A DNA stretch of 63,559 nt, filler included, from Gonapodya sp. JEL0774 (lineage: Eukaryota), in the NCBI GenBank assembly GCA_027604505.1. It is 52 parts of 52 records of this genome, joined end to end, with 100 filler letters (N's around TTAATTAATTAA, not from the genome) between each part and the next. Parts side by side here need not be neighbours in the genome. Positions count along the whole stretch, not along the records: positions 23,346 to 24,469 come from JADIIX010003812.1; positions 24,570 to 25,693 come from JADIIX010003813.1; positions 25,794 to 26,917 come from JADIIX010003814.1; positions 27,018 to 28,141 come from JADIIX010003815.1; positions 28,242 to 29,365 come from JADIIX010003816.1; positions 29,466 to 30,589 come from JADIIX010003817.1; positions 30,690 to 31,813 come from JADIIX010003818.1; positions 31,914 to 33,037 come from JADIIX010003819.1; 44 more parts are not named here. One strand, 5' to 3'. Shown here piece by piece: positions 24,111 to 38,032 of this stretch. Positions within the stretch are counted from its first letter, which is position 1. Each line of letters begins with the position of its first letter. The notes under the pieces were generated by a model, which did no database searches, was not told the origin of the DNA, and saw only the letters and a list, made by a program, of their open reading frames with translations. A program made the position numbers and the translations under genes.

Positions 24111-24732
24111 CACTACATGCATTGCGTCCACTAATCTGTACATAATAATGAATCATCATCCAATCATCGTGGACTGAGCCACTCGTACTTAATCTGCCTT
24201 CATCTTCTGCACCCACCGCTTCACCCAAACCATTCCTGCTACGCTAGCTATGGATACCAGCAGTCCTACCGCGAGCTCAATGCCTTGAGTCGTTTTGGAC
24301 GTGGTCATGAACACGCGGAATCGGGTGCTATACCACCTGTGATGATCAATGAGGAGTACTTGTTCAGCGCAATCGTACGTTGACATTTCACTTCAAAACG
24401 ACTCGCCTGCTTTCGGTCCAAGTCCCTTTTGTTGGATCAACAACAGTCCAGTACCCCTTAGCATAATCANNNNNNNNNNNNNNNNNNNNNNNNNNNNNNN
24501 NNNNNNNNNNNNNTTAATTAATTAANNNNNNNNNNNNNNNNNNNNNNNNNNNNNNNNNNNNNNNNNNNNGACCGTTGACAGAAAATCGTACAATCATTTT
24601 CGATATTTTGCTCCTTTCAAGGTGGAAGCGTCAGGTGGTGGTGGAAGGGACTGTGGGACACACAACGCCACGAACCAACGAGGGGCACGGACCACTCAGA
24701 CACCCGTCTGCACCGATAGTTCCTCGCGACCA

Positions 24733-25693
24733 ATGGACGAACTGCCTACGGAACTTGTCGCTAAGATCGCCTCTCTAGTTTCCGTCTCTGATGTTGTTGC
24801 TCTGGCTAGCTCTGGTCGTTCCATCCGCTCGAAGATCGAAGCGTCTCTCTCAGAAGTGTTCACCGCGCTCGCCATATCGGACTTTGATTTATATCCCATA
24901 CCTCCCTCCAATCAAAATGCTACCGATTCTAGTGTCTCCGGGTCTGAGAAAACCGGGCAGCATCCCTGGAGGATGATATCCGCCCCGTTTCGCAAGCTCC
25001 ACGACCGATACCTCCTCCGTCAAGCCCTTTTGGTTGATGACACCTCCTTAACGATCAGCCAACTAGTCACACTGTCCGAGATGCTCGCGGACAGTCGCAA
25101 CTACCAGAATGTAATGTTCCTGCTGAGGCCGGTCAGGCAAAAGCACGGGGAGCGGTGGATCACCAAGGCATTACTTCCAGAGAACATTCTGGCGAACGTG
25201 TGGCGGACGTGCATTGGTGAGCATATGTACCCGCTGGTCGCACGTGATTTACCCAGTCGCGGAAATCACGTACGGCGTGACGCTGGGGAGCGAAGTCGTG
25301 ATGCTTTAGGAGCCGCATTTGGGCTCCTTGTTTTGTTCAATACTGCATGTGAGTCCTCACACCTCAAACAAGACCGATGCGCGTCTGTTTTCTCACCCCT
25401 GAACTTCGCCTAAGGTAACCCAACTTCTCGGATCCTCCAGGTACTCTCATTTGAGTTCCATTTCCTGGAGAGAGTGAAGCGCCAACGTGGTGCCTCTATA
25501 ACTGAAAGACTCCTCGCTGCATCTACTGCCGCAATCCACGTCTGTCGGCGTCGGCGCCTAGCTGACCAAGTCAGAGAATTTCGTGCTTCTCTCAGAGATA
25601 GTCCGTCCAGAGCCTTCATGGCGTCTCGAGCTGAAGTCTCGCACGTTCCAATGCTGCCTTGGCTTGTGTCTTTTGCTGATCCGCCAAATCTGG
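24733..25693 (+). CDS. F-box domain protein (partial)
   Basis: N-terminal MDELPTELVAKIASLVSVSDVVALASSGRSIR; GTGAGT intron near 25349. Confidence 0.65.
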
Positions 25694-27052
25694 NNNNNNN
25701 NNNNNNNNNNNNNNNNNNNNNNNNNNNNNNNNNNNNNTTAATTAATTAANNNNNNNNNNNNNNNNNNNNNNNNNNNNNNNNNNNNNNNNNNNNTACGTGC
25801 GTTCATTTGCGATCTTTGTGAAATCTTTACAATGTGAGGGTCATCTACAAGGTCGCCGAGTCTGCAAGATGATGAAGCTCTTCGGCATATTGTGGTTTAT
25901 CTACACTCGCGCAGTGTGTGCGTCCTCCTCTGAAATACCGCGCGATTCGTCCTTGAGAATCATTTGGAAACAACCGTTGCGGGCGACGAATCAACTGCTG
26001 AAGATTCGGGATCATGTCATGACCCAAGAATGCACCACGTACTATAATTTGAATATTTTGCTCACGTTTCTGGGAGCTCCCTTGTGCCGGCGGGACCGGC
26101 ATGTCCGGCCATTTGACATGCATGCATCGCTCTTCTTTTGGGATTCGAGGAGTCAATCCCGCCAGATGACGGCCACAACCTCCCCAAGCTCGCTTGCCAC
26201 TGAGTAGAAGTAAAGACCGGTGGTTATTCGTCGATGAGGAAGTATCGTCAAACGGCCGGTGGTTATTCGTGATTAGACAGGTGGGTTTTCGTCGGGGAGG
26301 AGGAAACATCGGTGGTTTTTTATATGTTCATGCGAGGATTGCAGCGAGAGCCCAGAGGGAGTGAGTGATTCAAGGGAGCATATTTGAATGGTGGAGGGAA
26401 TCAGATGTCGGAATTATGAAAGAATTGATCAAGTCATCGTACTCAGCTTGTAACAAAGCAGCAGCTCACATACCATTGCGGGCACGATGTTTCGTAGCAC
26501 ATTATTGACTGATGATGTAAAGAGATGGAATATTCGAATAACGTGGCTCTTTTTGCAGATTGCGAAGGACTGCGAAGGAGATCCCCTTTATATGATCCAA
26601 CGTTGCTGAGTCATTCACTGAATGGTGACTGGAGTGATGACAAAGAGAAAGAGCACAAACTTTCGTAGCGATTCCACGTTCTTCCAGAACTTGTTTCCGA
26701 TTCCGTCTTGCCTCTATCGGTGGCTAGGCTGATTTGGTAGATGTGCTATGTGATATCGATGCCGACCGAACCAACGAGAACAACAGCGCATGCAACGTCC
26801 ATTACGAGCTGTTGGCGCCATCGGTCTACTGAAAGGTAGCGGAATGGCAGCTCACAAAAGCCATACAGAGCCATAGAGGTATTTCATGCTATTGCGAGGC
26901 TGTCCGGCGCGAATGCGNNNNNNNNNNNNNNNNNNNNNNNNNNNNNNNNNNNNNNNNNNNNTTAATTAATTAANNNNNNNNNNNNNNNNNNNNNNNNNNN
27001 NNNNNNNNNNNNNNNNNTCTTGCTGAGTGCTGTGATTTGTGCTTGGATGTAG

Positions 27053-28141
27053 GTCGAATACTCGTCCCTTGCCTCGCAGAGCGACCGCTCGGGTGGGTTC
27101 GCAGCCTTCAACCCTCAGCGCTTCGGAGCGCGGTTTGTGGAACGGGTAGCCAATCCGAAAGAGGTGCTGCAGTTTTTTCGACGGAAGCAGCCCGCGCGGA
27201 AGGGAGAGGGGCGTGAGTTGATGTTGGTTGAGATATGCGTCAGAACTGCATCCTTGATCATGTGGCCGACGCATAAACTGCCCACTCCCAACCCCAGTGA
27301 AGAGAGAACCTTCGGTACTCGTGCCTGTACCTTCTATGCCTGACCCCTTGGACGCCCTGTCAGTCCAAGACATTGTCCTCGCCCACCTGACCTCTGCCCA
27401 ACTGTCCATCCTCCCCGAAAACGAGCTCTCGGACGCCGTCCGAGCGTTCGTGGACAAGGACGACAAGGCCGTTATCAAGGAGTTCGTGCAGGAGAGTTTG
27501 CAGAGGACTCGAGAGAGGATGAGGGAGCAGAGGGCCGAGGCGGACGGGGAGGGGAACGGAAAGCCGCCCGAGGAAGAGGACGAAGTGGCGGAGGCAGTGA
27601 GGGTGGAGAAGGAGAGGTATGTAGAGGAGTATGCTAAGAGGGACGGGACGGCGAAGCGGAAGGGAAAGGCGAGGGAAAGGGTGGGAGGGGTGGGTTTCGT
27701 TTGGTGTTAGAACGAACACGTGAGGAAAAATCTCACTTTGAGTTCTTTCCACATCTTACATTTCGAAAACATCTCGTCAAGGATGATGGCGATGAGGACA
27801 TGGGTGCAGAGGGGGCCAGTGACCGCGACGATGACGTGGACGACCGACCGAAGCCCAAACGCGGCCCGGGCTCTCGTGGGGGAGGAAAAGCCGCCGGCAC
27901 TACACGCGGTCGTGCCGGAGCTGCTGCATCCCGTGGTGTTGGGTCTCGAGGTGGACGGGGCGGAGCAGGTGGCGTGCGGAGTCGGAAGAAGAAGGACCAG
28001 AGCGAGGACGAAGAAGAAGAGGACAACGATCGAGGGTCAAAAATGAGTGAAGAGGAAGAAGACTTTTCATTCATGGATCTGGATGACGAAGATGAGCCAC
28101 CAGCTGCGCGAGCGGCGCAAACGAGGAAAACCACCAAGCCG
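27053..28141 (+). CDS. MRE11: Mre11 DNA double-strand-break nuclease, C-terminal region with GAR motif
   Basis: VEYS...GGFAAFNPQRFGARFVERVANPKEVLQFFRRK, then LSILPENELSDAVRAFVDKDDKAVIKEFV, then an RGG-rich and acidic tail. Confidence 0.93.
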
Positions 28142-28241
28142 NNNNNNNNNNNNNNNNNNNNNNNNNNNNNNNNNNNNNNNNNNNNTTAATTAATTAANNN
28201 NNNNNNNNNNNNNNNNNNNNNNNNNNNNNNNNNNNNNNNNN

Positions 28242-29365
28242 CTCGGTTTGTAGAGTTCTGATCTCGCTATGAGCTTTGACTAGCTCAGCTCTGGCAGCCA
28301 TCTGGCTTGCCTCCAAATTTTTGTTTTCGGTTGTTAGGTCAGAATTTCTCTGACGCAATGCCTCGAGGGTTTCTTTTGCTGACTGAAGCTGGAATGTAGA
28401 TGTTTCGAGCTCCAATTGAACAGCTGAAAGTTTGCCTTCTGCCTCCATCTTGCCGACCATTTCTCTCTCAACTTGCAGGGCGTACGCGGTGACAAGGTCT
28501 CTCAACTGATCCAGATCTTGACCCAACTCCCTCCCACTCAGAATTTGGTCGGCAACAGCGTCTTCTGCTGCCTGCAATTGGCGATCACGAAGCTCCATTT
28601 CCTTGGTGTACTTGAACACAATATCGTTCGTTTCTTGGCGATGAGCTGCGACTGTTTGATTTATCATTTCAAGAGCACGAGCTTCCGTCAAATCACTTTT
28701 CGCTTCTGAATCAGCCAATTCTCGCTTGAGGTTAGGTATAATAATGCCCGTCAAATCAGCAATCTCGGCATCAAGCTGCGTTATTTTTCGGTCGCATTCA
28801 TCATTCCAGAGAGCCTTTGCTGCAGATTCGTCCTTCGCATTGGTCAAATCCGTATTGAGATTGTGGACTTCCTGATCTCGCAGGGTTAGCTTAGCGGCGA
28901 GTGAATCAATGTCTTCTTCCAATGTTTTCACCGTCTGTGTGTATTGTGTGAGTCTTGTAGAAAGCTCTGTTTCGCGAGCTGCAGCTGCTGACAGTTCCTT
29001 CTCCCGGGTCACAATAACAGTGCAAAATTCGGCGTTTGATTTCTAGGGAATCAAACAAGATGGACGTGAGAGGTGAATAAAACCGTAGTGGATCGAAGAA
29101 AAATAGCCCTCGTCCTCACATGTGCATCCTCTAGACTTTTGCGACATCTGGCCAATTCCTCCCGTACCGTTTGCAAGCTCTCAATCTCTACATGTGCCGC
29201 TTGCAATTTCTCGCTCGCTTCATGCAGCATTGTTCGAGATTTGGTCACGTCTCGCTCCTTCTGTTCCATAGCGTCTTGCAATTCGCACAGTCTAGCCGTC
29301 AGGGATACGATTTCGGCTTCGCTCTCGACCATGCGGTCGGTGGCGCGGGATAATTCTGCTCGCAG
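28242..29365 (-). CDS. Long coiled-coil protein fragment (unassigned)
   Basis: Two E/K/Q/L-rich heptad ORFs (29051-29332 and 28242-29012), probably separated by an intron. Confidence 0.6.
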
Positions 29366-29465
29366 NNNNNNNNNNNNNNNNNNNNNNNNNNNNNNNNNNN
29401 NNNNNNNNNTTAATTAATTAANNNNNNNNNNNNNNNNNNNNNNNNNNNNNNNNNNNNNNNNNNNN

Positions 29466-30589
29466 TTGTAGACACAGAACCGGCCACTCCCACCAAGGGG
29501 GAACATGAAGCGCCGTTGCTTCTCCCAGAGGCAGAGCTCCCTGCTAGTGCTACCGCGAATAGCATCGCTTCTGAGATGGAGCTTGACCCGCCTGTGGACT
29601 CTGGGCAAGTACCCACCTCATCGAGCGTCATCGGTTCTTCGGAAGATATGGAGGAGGAAGCTGAAGCATCGCCCCGTAGAGAACTCCCAGTACACGACAT
29701 TTTCACGCCGCCCGACGAGGCAATGGCGCCCGAACCCGACTTTCCTACTACACCTGCACCCAACCCACCCTTCCTTCCACTCTCCCTTTCAAGTCTTACT
29801 GCATCACTCACCGACACGCCCTTCACGGCTCAAGAGCCTAGTCCCGACTCTCCTACTTCACCACCCCGCAGCCCCATGGTCCCGCAGCTCACATTCACTG
29901 CCCCGTCAGACGGTGACCCAGAAGAGCGAGTCCGAGATCAGGATCTTTCTGATTCCATGTCTGGAAGTGGCAGCGAGGAAGGTGCAGTACAAACGGAATG
30001 GATGAAAGTATTGGCGGAGATGGAAGAAGAGGAGGCCGGAGAAGATTTCGCCGCGGATACTCACACAGCCGGGGAGGACGGGGAAGCTGCCAAGGCGGCG
30101 GATGACGGGTGGATGGAGGGGGTTTGGGATGTCAGGGGACCGGGCACTGTGGTGGTCGCGACTGCAGACGGGATAGACGTCAGGCATCCGGCCAGTGTGT
30201 TGGTAGAGCGCCTGGAGCAGTCAGTGGGGGATGTACCGCCGTCAGAGGGGAAGACGAATGTCGAGGATGACGTCGATATTGGGAACTTGGCCGAAGATGG
30301 GGTCGTGCCTGTGGAGAGAGAGGATTCAGAAGACGAGGATGGAGTACTTGTGGAAGATTCGAACGTCAAGGACAATGAAGTAACTCTCGTTAGCGAAAAA
30401 GATCTCGGTGCAGATGTGCAAGCATCAGTGGAAATTGCAGCACGCAATAGCGACGGGGTTGAGGTGAAACCCGAAACAAACCTCCCTGAAGTAGACATCG
30501 TGGAGCTTCCCACATCTGCTCACGAGACTACTCAGCAAGATGTGGTAGTTGTAGCAAGCGAGGAGTCCGAAGGAGCCGGGAGCAGTGAG
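29466..30589 (+). CDS. Acidic low-complexity protein fragment (unassigned)
   Basis: The frame is open across essentially the whole contig and is E/D/P/S-rich. Confidence 0.55.
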
Positions 30590-32275
30590 NNNNNNNNNNN
30601 NNNNNNNNNNNNNNNNNNNNNNNNNNNNNNNNNTTAATTAATTAANNNNNNNNNNNNNNNNNNNNNNNNNNNNNNNNNNNNNNNNNNNNCAAAAACAAGG
30701 CTGGACAAGATCTCTATCTCGTGGGAATGCAGCATCCAGAGCGGCTTACTTCCTTGGACAAATTAAATGGAGGCCCACAGGCGTTGGAGGGCTTTGGTGG
30801 ACGAGTAGTGCCTGGAGCAGCGGGGGCTGCAATTGGTGATTCAGATGTCGTAGTGAAAACCAAGAGGCAGCTCGGTAGCTGTAAGAAAAATGTGCAAGCT
30901 GTGTACTAATAGGAACCGAAGAACGGTTACTCTCGCTTAGTCTGGGGAGCAGAATTCCCAGTGTTGCGGAAACAACACGAATAGCATCCTTGCATAATGC
31001 ACTTACTGCATTGTTATAGTGTTTTTGTCATGTGCGGCGCGGTCAAGTTTGGCGGATCGTAATTTGGGTGCGCTCATGATCTGGAACTCACAGTGAATCT
31101 TCTGATCAGATCCAACTTTTAGAAGGAGTAGTCATTGTCCTCGAGATCTCATCTATTCGTCTGATCGGACGTAGGTATGCGCCCAGCTGATCGTTCACAC
31201 AAGAGTACTGGCGTGCTCACTCTACTAGATTGTTCGCGATCGTTGGGTGATCGATGACTCCTTCCCCTGAATCAAACAGATGGGCAACGCCGCTCTGCAA
31301 CCTCTTGCGTATGTGCATCCACAGTTTGCTTTTCACGGTGGGGATGCATCGGGGGAAGATCAGTGCGCTCAACACGATCATCGCGATCAATGGACGGATG
31401 GGGAACTCGGTATGTTCCCGGTCGATTATTCCGATAACGCACTCAGATATTAAGAAGCGCTTGCTGCGAGATCACTTTCTGACAGGAATCGTCCACCTGC
31501 CGGCTGATTTCGCTTGTCCACTATGCAAAAATGAAATCTCGCGCCAAACTCTGGAACTAGCCCCCAGCAACCTCCCCACGACTTCTCCAGCAAGCTTCGA
31601 CAATTTGAGCCACCTTTCTCAGCGTCTTTCCGGACAAAGCGCTAGAGTTACTTCCTTCTCGTTGGACCTATCCCGTCCTACATGGTATCTTGACGCGAAC
31701 TCCGGCGATGGGAGTCTCCACTGCAAGTGTTGCGGTAATCGATTTTACTCATTAGTGAGAGATAAGTGGCTGACTGGACCTAGGGCGGGCAATAGTGCGA
31801 ACGTGTGCCGGAGNNNNNNNNNNNNNNNNNNNNNNNNNNNNNNNNNNNNNNNNNNNNTTAATTAATTAANNNNNNNNNNNNNNNNNNNNNNNNNNNNNNN
31901 NNNNNNNNNNNNNGGGAGGGACGAGCCGACGGTGAGGGTTCATGCCCATTGGCTCCGTGTTGTGCGTGATTTGCTCACAATGTATTGCGTAATCTTGCAG
32001 GTCATTACGTGAGGGCAGAGAATGTCAGCGACTTGTAGCATTTGCAGTTCTTGAGTCTGGTTCATTGCCAACTTGCCGATCGAGATAGGTAAAGTGAGCA
32101 TGATGTATGCATCATGAATAATACGTAATTCGAATATTGCTAGTCTGATGCTGCTGTACCCCCTTCAGAGAGATCTCATAATAGTATCCTCGGTGTGGTA
32201 TGGTGTGAAAGTGCTGGTCCCACAGTTTCTCCAGGCCCAACATCAAGATTTCTTACCTAACATCTTAAAACGCGC

Positions 32276-32976
32276 ATGGAGTCTAAGATCGAGACCAAGA
32301 CAAGCAAATCGAAAAGAAAGCGGGAGGAATCCGCTGCCAGTGGCCTCGGCCATGCCGTATTGCAGAGTGGACGTCCGGGTGATCGGAAGAATGTAAACAT
32401 GATCTCTTCAACTACGAAGAAGGCCAGGACCAACAAGGACCCCACAAAGCGGTTGCAAAGGGATCAGAGTCAGGAAGCGGCGCATCAGAGCCCATCAGAA
32501 CTCCAGCCTTCTGTGCTCTCACAACCTACTATGCTCCCTATCTATTCTTCTCCTTCGAATCCTTCTTGTGATGTTGTTCCGCCCTCTTCAAAACCACACG
32601 CACCACCTTCGAAACGCCATAAGCGAGCTCCTCTGCACGTACCTACTCGAGAAACGGATATCTATGTATCCCGGAGGAGCTCGCGACCGGCTCTGCTTGA
32701 ACGGGCAAGAAAAATGATCAATTGTGGCAAGTTGGTACTACTCCTCTCATTTCTGCTTCTTATAGAACTGTTTTCGGTATCTGAACGAATGATTTTCCTC
32801 GTGCCGCGTCCGTTCTGTGTTTATCCAGGCCGCCGACTCTCCATGCGCTAGGCCCTGCATGCAAAGATGTTGTATCCATCGTTCTCCACCTCCAAGCGGA
32901 GTATCGCGGGAGATTAATCACTACATCATGGACGGACACACAGGAAGTGGTCGATGACGTGGAGCCGGATGTTGAG
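32276..32976 (+). CDS. POP7: RNase P/MRP subunit Pop7/Rpp20 (Alba fold), partial; start codon uncertain
   Basis: KRAPLHVPTRETDIYVSRRS...LLERARKMI, then after an intron TLHALGPACKDVVSIVLHLQ...TDTQEVVDDVEP, matching Rpp20 motifs (DIYV, HGLGAA, TVELVDD). Confidence 0.78.
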
Positions 32977-33294
32977 GTGTGTGAGCTCACTTAATTTGAA
33001 ACATGGACGTACTCTCACTTGTGCCTGTTTCCACTCCNNNNNNNNNNNNNNNNNNNNNNNNNNNNNNNNNNNNNNNNNNNNTTAATTAATTAANNNNNNN
33101 NNNNNNNNNNNNNNNNNNNNNNNNNNNNNNNNNNNNNTGAGAAGACAAGGATGACCCCACAAAAAGGGGGGATCTCCAATCATATCCCGAGATCTCACCA
33201 TGATAAAAACAGCTTCTGCACTCTCAAAACTTGGCAGAGACACGATAACTCAGAATCATTTTTTCCTTAGGGAATCAATCCGAATTTGCGCGCT

Positions 33295-34261
33295 ATGACT
33301 CTTCCGCAGAACCTCCCAACCGCCCTCCTGTGGATTCTCTCCATTCTCATCTTCCCTACCTCCTTGGTATTCATCATCTTTCTCTTCGAGAGGAAGTCCT
33401 GGTGTTTTGCCGATGAGTGTTTGGAAGGCAAAGGAGTTCACAGGAATCCCATCTACATCATGGCTGGAATCTTCTACGGGTACCTTCTCATCACCGCAGT
33501 TGTTGCCTTGGCTGCAAGGGTATGTTTTTCATGGGTTGGGACTTTGTTCCAAATAATTGAGGATTTTCATCATGCTTTCTGCCTTTTCCACGGCAATAGC
33601 GAGTAGAGCGTCTTAGGAAATTTCTCGAACGCACCATTTGGGCTGATTCCACCATCAACGTTGCTGAGCTGGCGTGGTTTATCGGAATGAACATACTCAT
33701 CTATCCTGTCTTCCTATGGGCCGTTTGGGTGAGTTGAATTGAATGTTTGTTTCTTCAAATCCTGGACCGCATTCCGATGTTCTTTGCCTTCTCGTCACTG
33801 CCCACTCATTAAGGACATGTACTGGGCTAGTGAGTACAACCGTTCATTCGGATAGAAGATCAACAGAACGATCAAAAATCTGTATTTCAGACGAGCTGAA
33901 CAAGATGGGCCGCAATGGTTCAACTACACCATGGGTCAGCTACTTTTACGAGGCTCTCACCTATATTTCAGGTGTGTTTTTCTACAGTCCAATCTTTCCT
34001 GTTCCCGAAGCCCACCTGATCACATCAACTCGAATGTTTGCAGGGGCTATGTGCGCCGGTGTCATTGGCTTTCTCCTCATGCCTACTCCAAAAAACTCAG
34101 TCATCGCTGACTACCTGCGCCTTCCGTACACTGCCACCGTCCGCATGCACCGCTGGATGGGCTGGAACATCGTTTTCATCTCCGTCGTTCACACCGTCAT
34201 CTCGATGCTGTGGAAGGCGAACGACGCCACGCCTCTTTACCAGCTCATGTGGACTCTCCCA
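33295..34261 (+). CDS. Ferric reductase-like transmembrane protein, N-terminal part
   Basis: Several TM segments over multiple exons, and GFLLMPTPKNSVIADYLRLPYTATVRMHRWMGW...VVHTV with heme-ligating His spacing. Confidence 0.8.
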
Positions 34262-36136
34262 NNNNNNNNNNNNNNNNNNNNNNNNNNNNNNNNNNNNNNN
34301 NNNNNTTAATTAATTAANNNNNNNNNNNNNNNNNNNNNNNNNNNNNNNNNNNNNNNNNNNNGACCTACAGTTTCTATGTACTCTTCCCGGTCATAGAGGA
34401 CGACGGGAAGATCCATGGGAGGAGTAGAAGCGTTCCCGTGCGTTCGACAAGAATCCGCCCAGCTGTCCAGTCCAAATAATATCCGGAAGTTGATTGTGGA
34501 GGGCAAACTGTCAAATCACCCCATCAAGAAAGGGACAGGGTTCCCCTCAAATTTCGGGCTGATTCGCACAGCGATTGAGATTGAACGGTTGTATCCTTTG
34601 ACTCTCAAAATATTGGTTGCCTGTTCTGCAAGAAAGTATGAGAAGGCTATGTGCAGCTAATTATTGGTAAAAGGGAAGTGCAAGCGATGGGAGACTTCTG
34701 TGAATCTCACGACGACTCCGAGAAGCCAATGAAGCGCCCATCTATTAGTGCAGCGATCGTAGTTCTCCACCTGCTGTCCCTGGTTGGCATGGGAAGATCT
34801 CTTCCAAGCTGTGATATGCTGCCTCCCGGATGGTCCAACGGAACAGGAATTCGAACCATTACGATTCCGTCAGTGATCTGTTCGATGGATATAGTGATTG
34901 TGTGCCTTCGAAGGCAAATTGCGACACCACTCTCTTCGTTATAATAGGAATGAAGCTTCAATTGCAGTCGCTAATGAAACGTTTATTCTCGGTTCAGAGA
35001 CTCAATGGGAATGGACAATCATTTCACCATCTAATGATTCCTTTGCGGTATGGGCGTCTAATCCTCAGTTGATTCTGGCGTGGGACCCGTCAAGTTTCGT
35101 GTGTCCGGCCAATGCATCCCCTCCCGCAGGTGCTCCCTCCCGGCACGGAAGGTGCAAAAGGTGCCATCCTTGCCGGAAAATCTTCTCCAAACTGCCAACA
35201 TGGCTACGCCGTGGTACAAACCTCGGTGATTGTTGGGTCCACCACGTTGGAGCCATCAATTAGTCAAAGCCTTAACGTCACGTGCAAAAATAACGGCACT
35301 TTACCATGCCGACTGTCCTACTATTTGAATGTGACCACCCAAGCAGGTATTCGCTTTGCGCCCGCGTCCTCGAGGCTGTTTGTTGAATATTTTTGCTCCA
35401 ACGAAACTTTCGACTCAGCTCCGATTTACGGATCACAAGACTTGAACGCAAACTCTACACTGAACATTCCAACTGAGGTGTTCGGNNNNNNNNNNNNNNN
35501 NNNNNNNNNNNNNNNNNNNNNNNNNNNNNTTAATTAATTAANNNNNNNNNNNNNNNNNNNNNNNNNNNNNNNNNNNNNNNNNNNNGTCTGGTCCTCCTGG
35601 ATAACAGTCGGGGGACTTCCCCCCGAAGTGGCAATGTTCTGTTGAGAATTCGATCGTGACATTTTGTATGGTTGGCTCTGCGGGTGAGCTGAATCGTAAG
35701 TCTGTCGTATTGTTCCAGATGACAGAACTGAAGGGTTTTTAGTCAGTTTGAGGGCGATGGGAGGTGGGAAACGGGATGGTCACGAATGAAAGTCCGATTC
35801 AACCGATGCGCGGCAGCAAAGCACGCAGGATTGACAATACTGGAGACCGCGCAAGCTTCGAGAAGCATCTTTGGCGATATGCACTCAACTGTTCATTCTA
35901 TATCATTGTGTCCGGCAATCCCCCGAGGATCTCAAAAGATCAAGCTGGTTGTTTCAGAAGCTCTCCAACAATTACATTATTCGTAGTCATCACACATCAG
36001 AAGGAACGTTTATGTCGATTAAAATACATATACATAAGACTATGGAAAACGCACGTGGCAAAACATGAGAACTACGTAACTGGTGGCGTTCTTATCAAAA
36101 CGGGTGTTCTGAAATCATACATGGATGGACAGAATC

Positions 36137-36583
36137 CTATGTTGTTTCAGCGATTGGCTCATATTGATCGCTGGAGGAGTCACGTTCAGAGAGGTCATCC
36201 CCGTCACCGTCTGGTTCTTCGCAGAGTCGGGAACTGACTCCATCGATAGCCGGAGAGATCATCCCGTCCTTTCCGCGACCCCCTGCACTCTTGTGCAGGT
36301 TGCTGAGACTTGCCATATCGCTATCAAATATCATGTCTGTCTCGAACGAATTTCCGACGGATAAGGTGTACTCGACAGGAACTTCTGTAGGCGTTTCCAC
36401 GGCAGTATTGTATGCCTGCAAGAAGTCGAAGTCAGGAGACACCTCCAGAAATGGGTGATCCAGCAATTCAGCGGCGGTGGGTCGAGAACTTTCGTCACGA
36501 GAGAGACAGATCTCCAGAAACGAGCGTGCTTCGTTTGATAGAGTTTCTGGGAGATGCGGGCGTGCAAGGCGGTCCGTGAACAG
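36137..36583 (-). CDS. Ser/Thr protein kinase, last exon (STE/MAPKKK-like subdomain XI)
   Basis: RPHLPETLSNEARSFLEICLSRDESSRPTAAELLDHPFL. Confidence 0.8.
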   Translation of the reverse strand: MFTDRLARPHLPETLSNEARSFLEICLSRDESSRPTAAELLDHPFLEVSPDFDFLQAYNTAVETPTEVPVEYTLSVGNSFETDMIFDSDMASLSNLHKSAGGRGKDGMISPAIDGVSSRLCEEPDGDGDDLSERDSSSDQYEPIAETT

Positions 36584-36938
36584 CTGGCGATTGACGGAAC
36601 AAATGAGCATGTTGAGAGCATATAAACGGAGAGAATGAGTTTTAAACTCCTACACACCCGATAAATTAGTTGAGTCGACCGGTCACGGCCGCCACGAGGT
36701 TGAAACTCGNNNNNNNNNNNNNNNNNNNNNNNNNNNNNNNNNNNNNNNNNNNNTTAATTAATTAANNNNNNNNNNNNNNNNNNNNNNNNNNNNNNNNNNN
36801 NNNNNNNNNGAACTGGTGCTGCTTTGGTCACTCCCTGCTCCTGCACATGCCGTGTGATCCTCGTGAAGCGTTCTCAGACAGGACGGTAAACATTTTTCCA
36901 CTAACTTAATCGCCCTTGACTTCATCGAAGATTCGTAG

Positions 36939-37932
36939 ATGAGCGGAAAGAATCGCAAGCAGAAGCTGCGTGTATACGTGGGACCTTCAAGCGCGGTGAG
37001 TTTGAGAGAGCTGGAGGGTCGGTCACCTTCGCCCTCTGGCTTCATTCCCGAGAGGTCCAGCTCAACAGTATTTGTCCCCAAACGCAGACCAAGGCGATTC
37101 ATAATGTGAACGATGATACCAATCCGGTCTTTATCGAGTCGCCCCATTGCGCTGCAAACGTTGTGGCGAGAATACGAGACTTTGCCGGGGTGACCCCCTA
37201 TAACACTCCTCCAATCCCTTCGACACCGTACTTTGGGACCAGGAAACGTGTTTTCTCCATGCAGATGCAGGTCCGATTTAAGAAGCCTGTCAACTCGGAC
37301 TCTGTGAGTGTTGTGTGCTGGTAGCACGTGCCTGGTTGTCGTGGATGTGTGTGCGAAATCGGTGAACTCTTCTTACCCCGGCGTATGCCATATGTAGCTT
37401 ATGTTTGGGGGTATGTTCGACGGCAAGGTTTCCCCGCCAATGGGTGCTTGGGTAGCCTTGAAGTTCGCCAGTCTGATAGACCCAGCCATCGCGTACGATG
37501 TTTACGCAGACCGACCATGGGTCCTGTCGCCCGTCTTTTGCTCCATGAACATTGTGGACGTTCGTGATGCTCAGTACTCGTGGAAGGAACTCGAGGAAAA
37601 GTTTGGCTCCACGTCCGTAGTGGATCAAGTGACCAGTTTAAAAAACTCCTCTCGCAGTGAGGGTGCCCTCAACGGCTCCGACAATGGCTTGCTCAAAAGC
37701 AAGGCGAAATCCTCGGATCCCGTCAGCCCTCTTCTTTCCACCGCCAACCCTCTTACCCGTGTCAGTAGCTTCCAAAGCACTCGGAGCAATGAAGGCTCAT
37801 CGCGGTCTTCCTTCTCCTCCATTCGCTCAGTGGCCGCCCCAACAACCAACGCCGCTCTTCGTGAAGTGGCTCTCCAAGCCAGCGAAGTGCTTAGAAAGGC
37901 GACGCGGCCAACTGTAAAGGACATTTTAGGCG
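36939..37932 (+). CDS. DUF1769 family protein (partial)
   Basis: VNDDTNPVFIES...VARIRDFAG...YFGTRKRVFSMQMQVRFK and FGGMFD...PPMGAWVALKFASLIDP...DVYADRPWVLSPVFCSMN. GTGAGT introns are present. Confidence 0.8.
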
Positions 37933-38032
37933 NNNNNNNNNNNNNNNNNNNNNNNNNNNNNNNNNNNNNNNNNNNNTTAATTAATTAANNNNNNNNNNNN
38001 NNNNNNNNNNNNNNNNNNNNNNNNNNNNNNNN

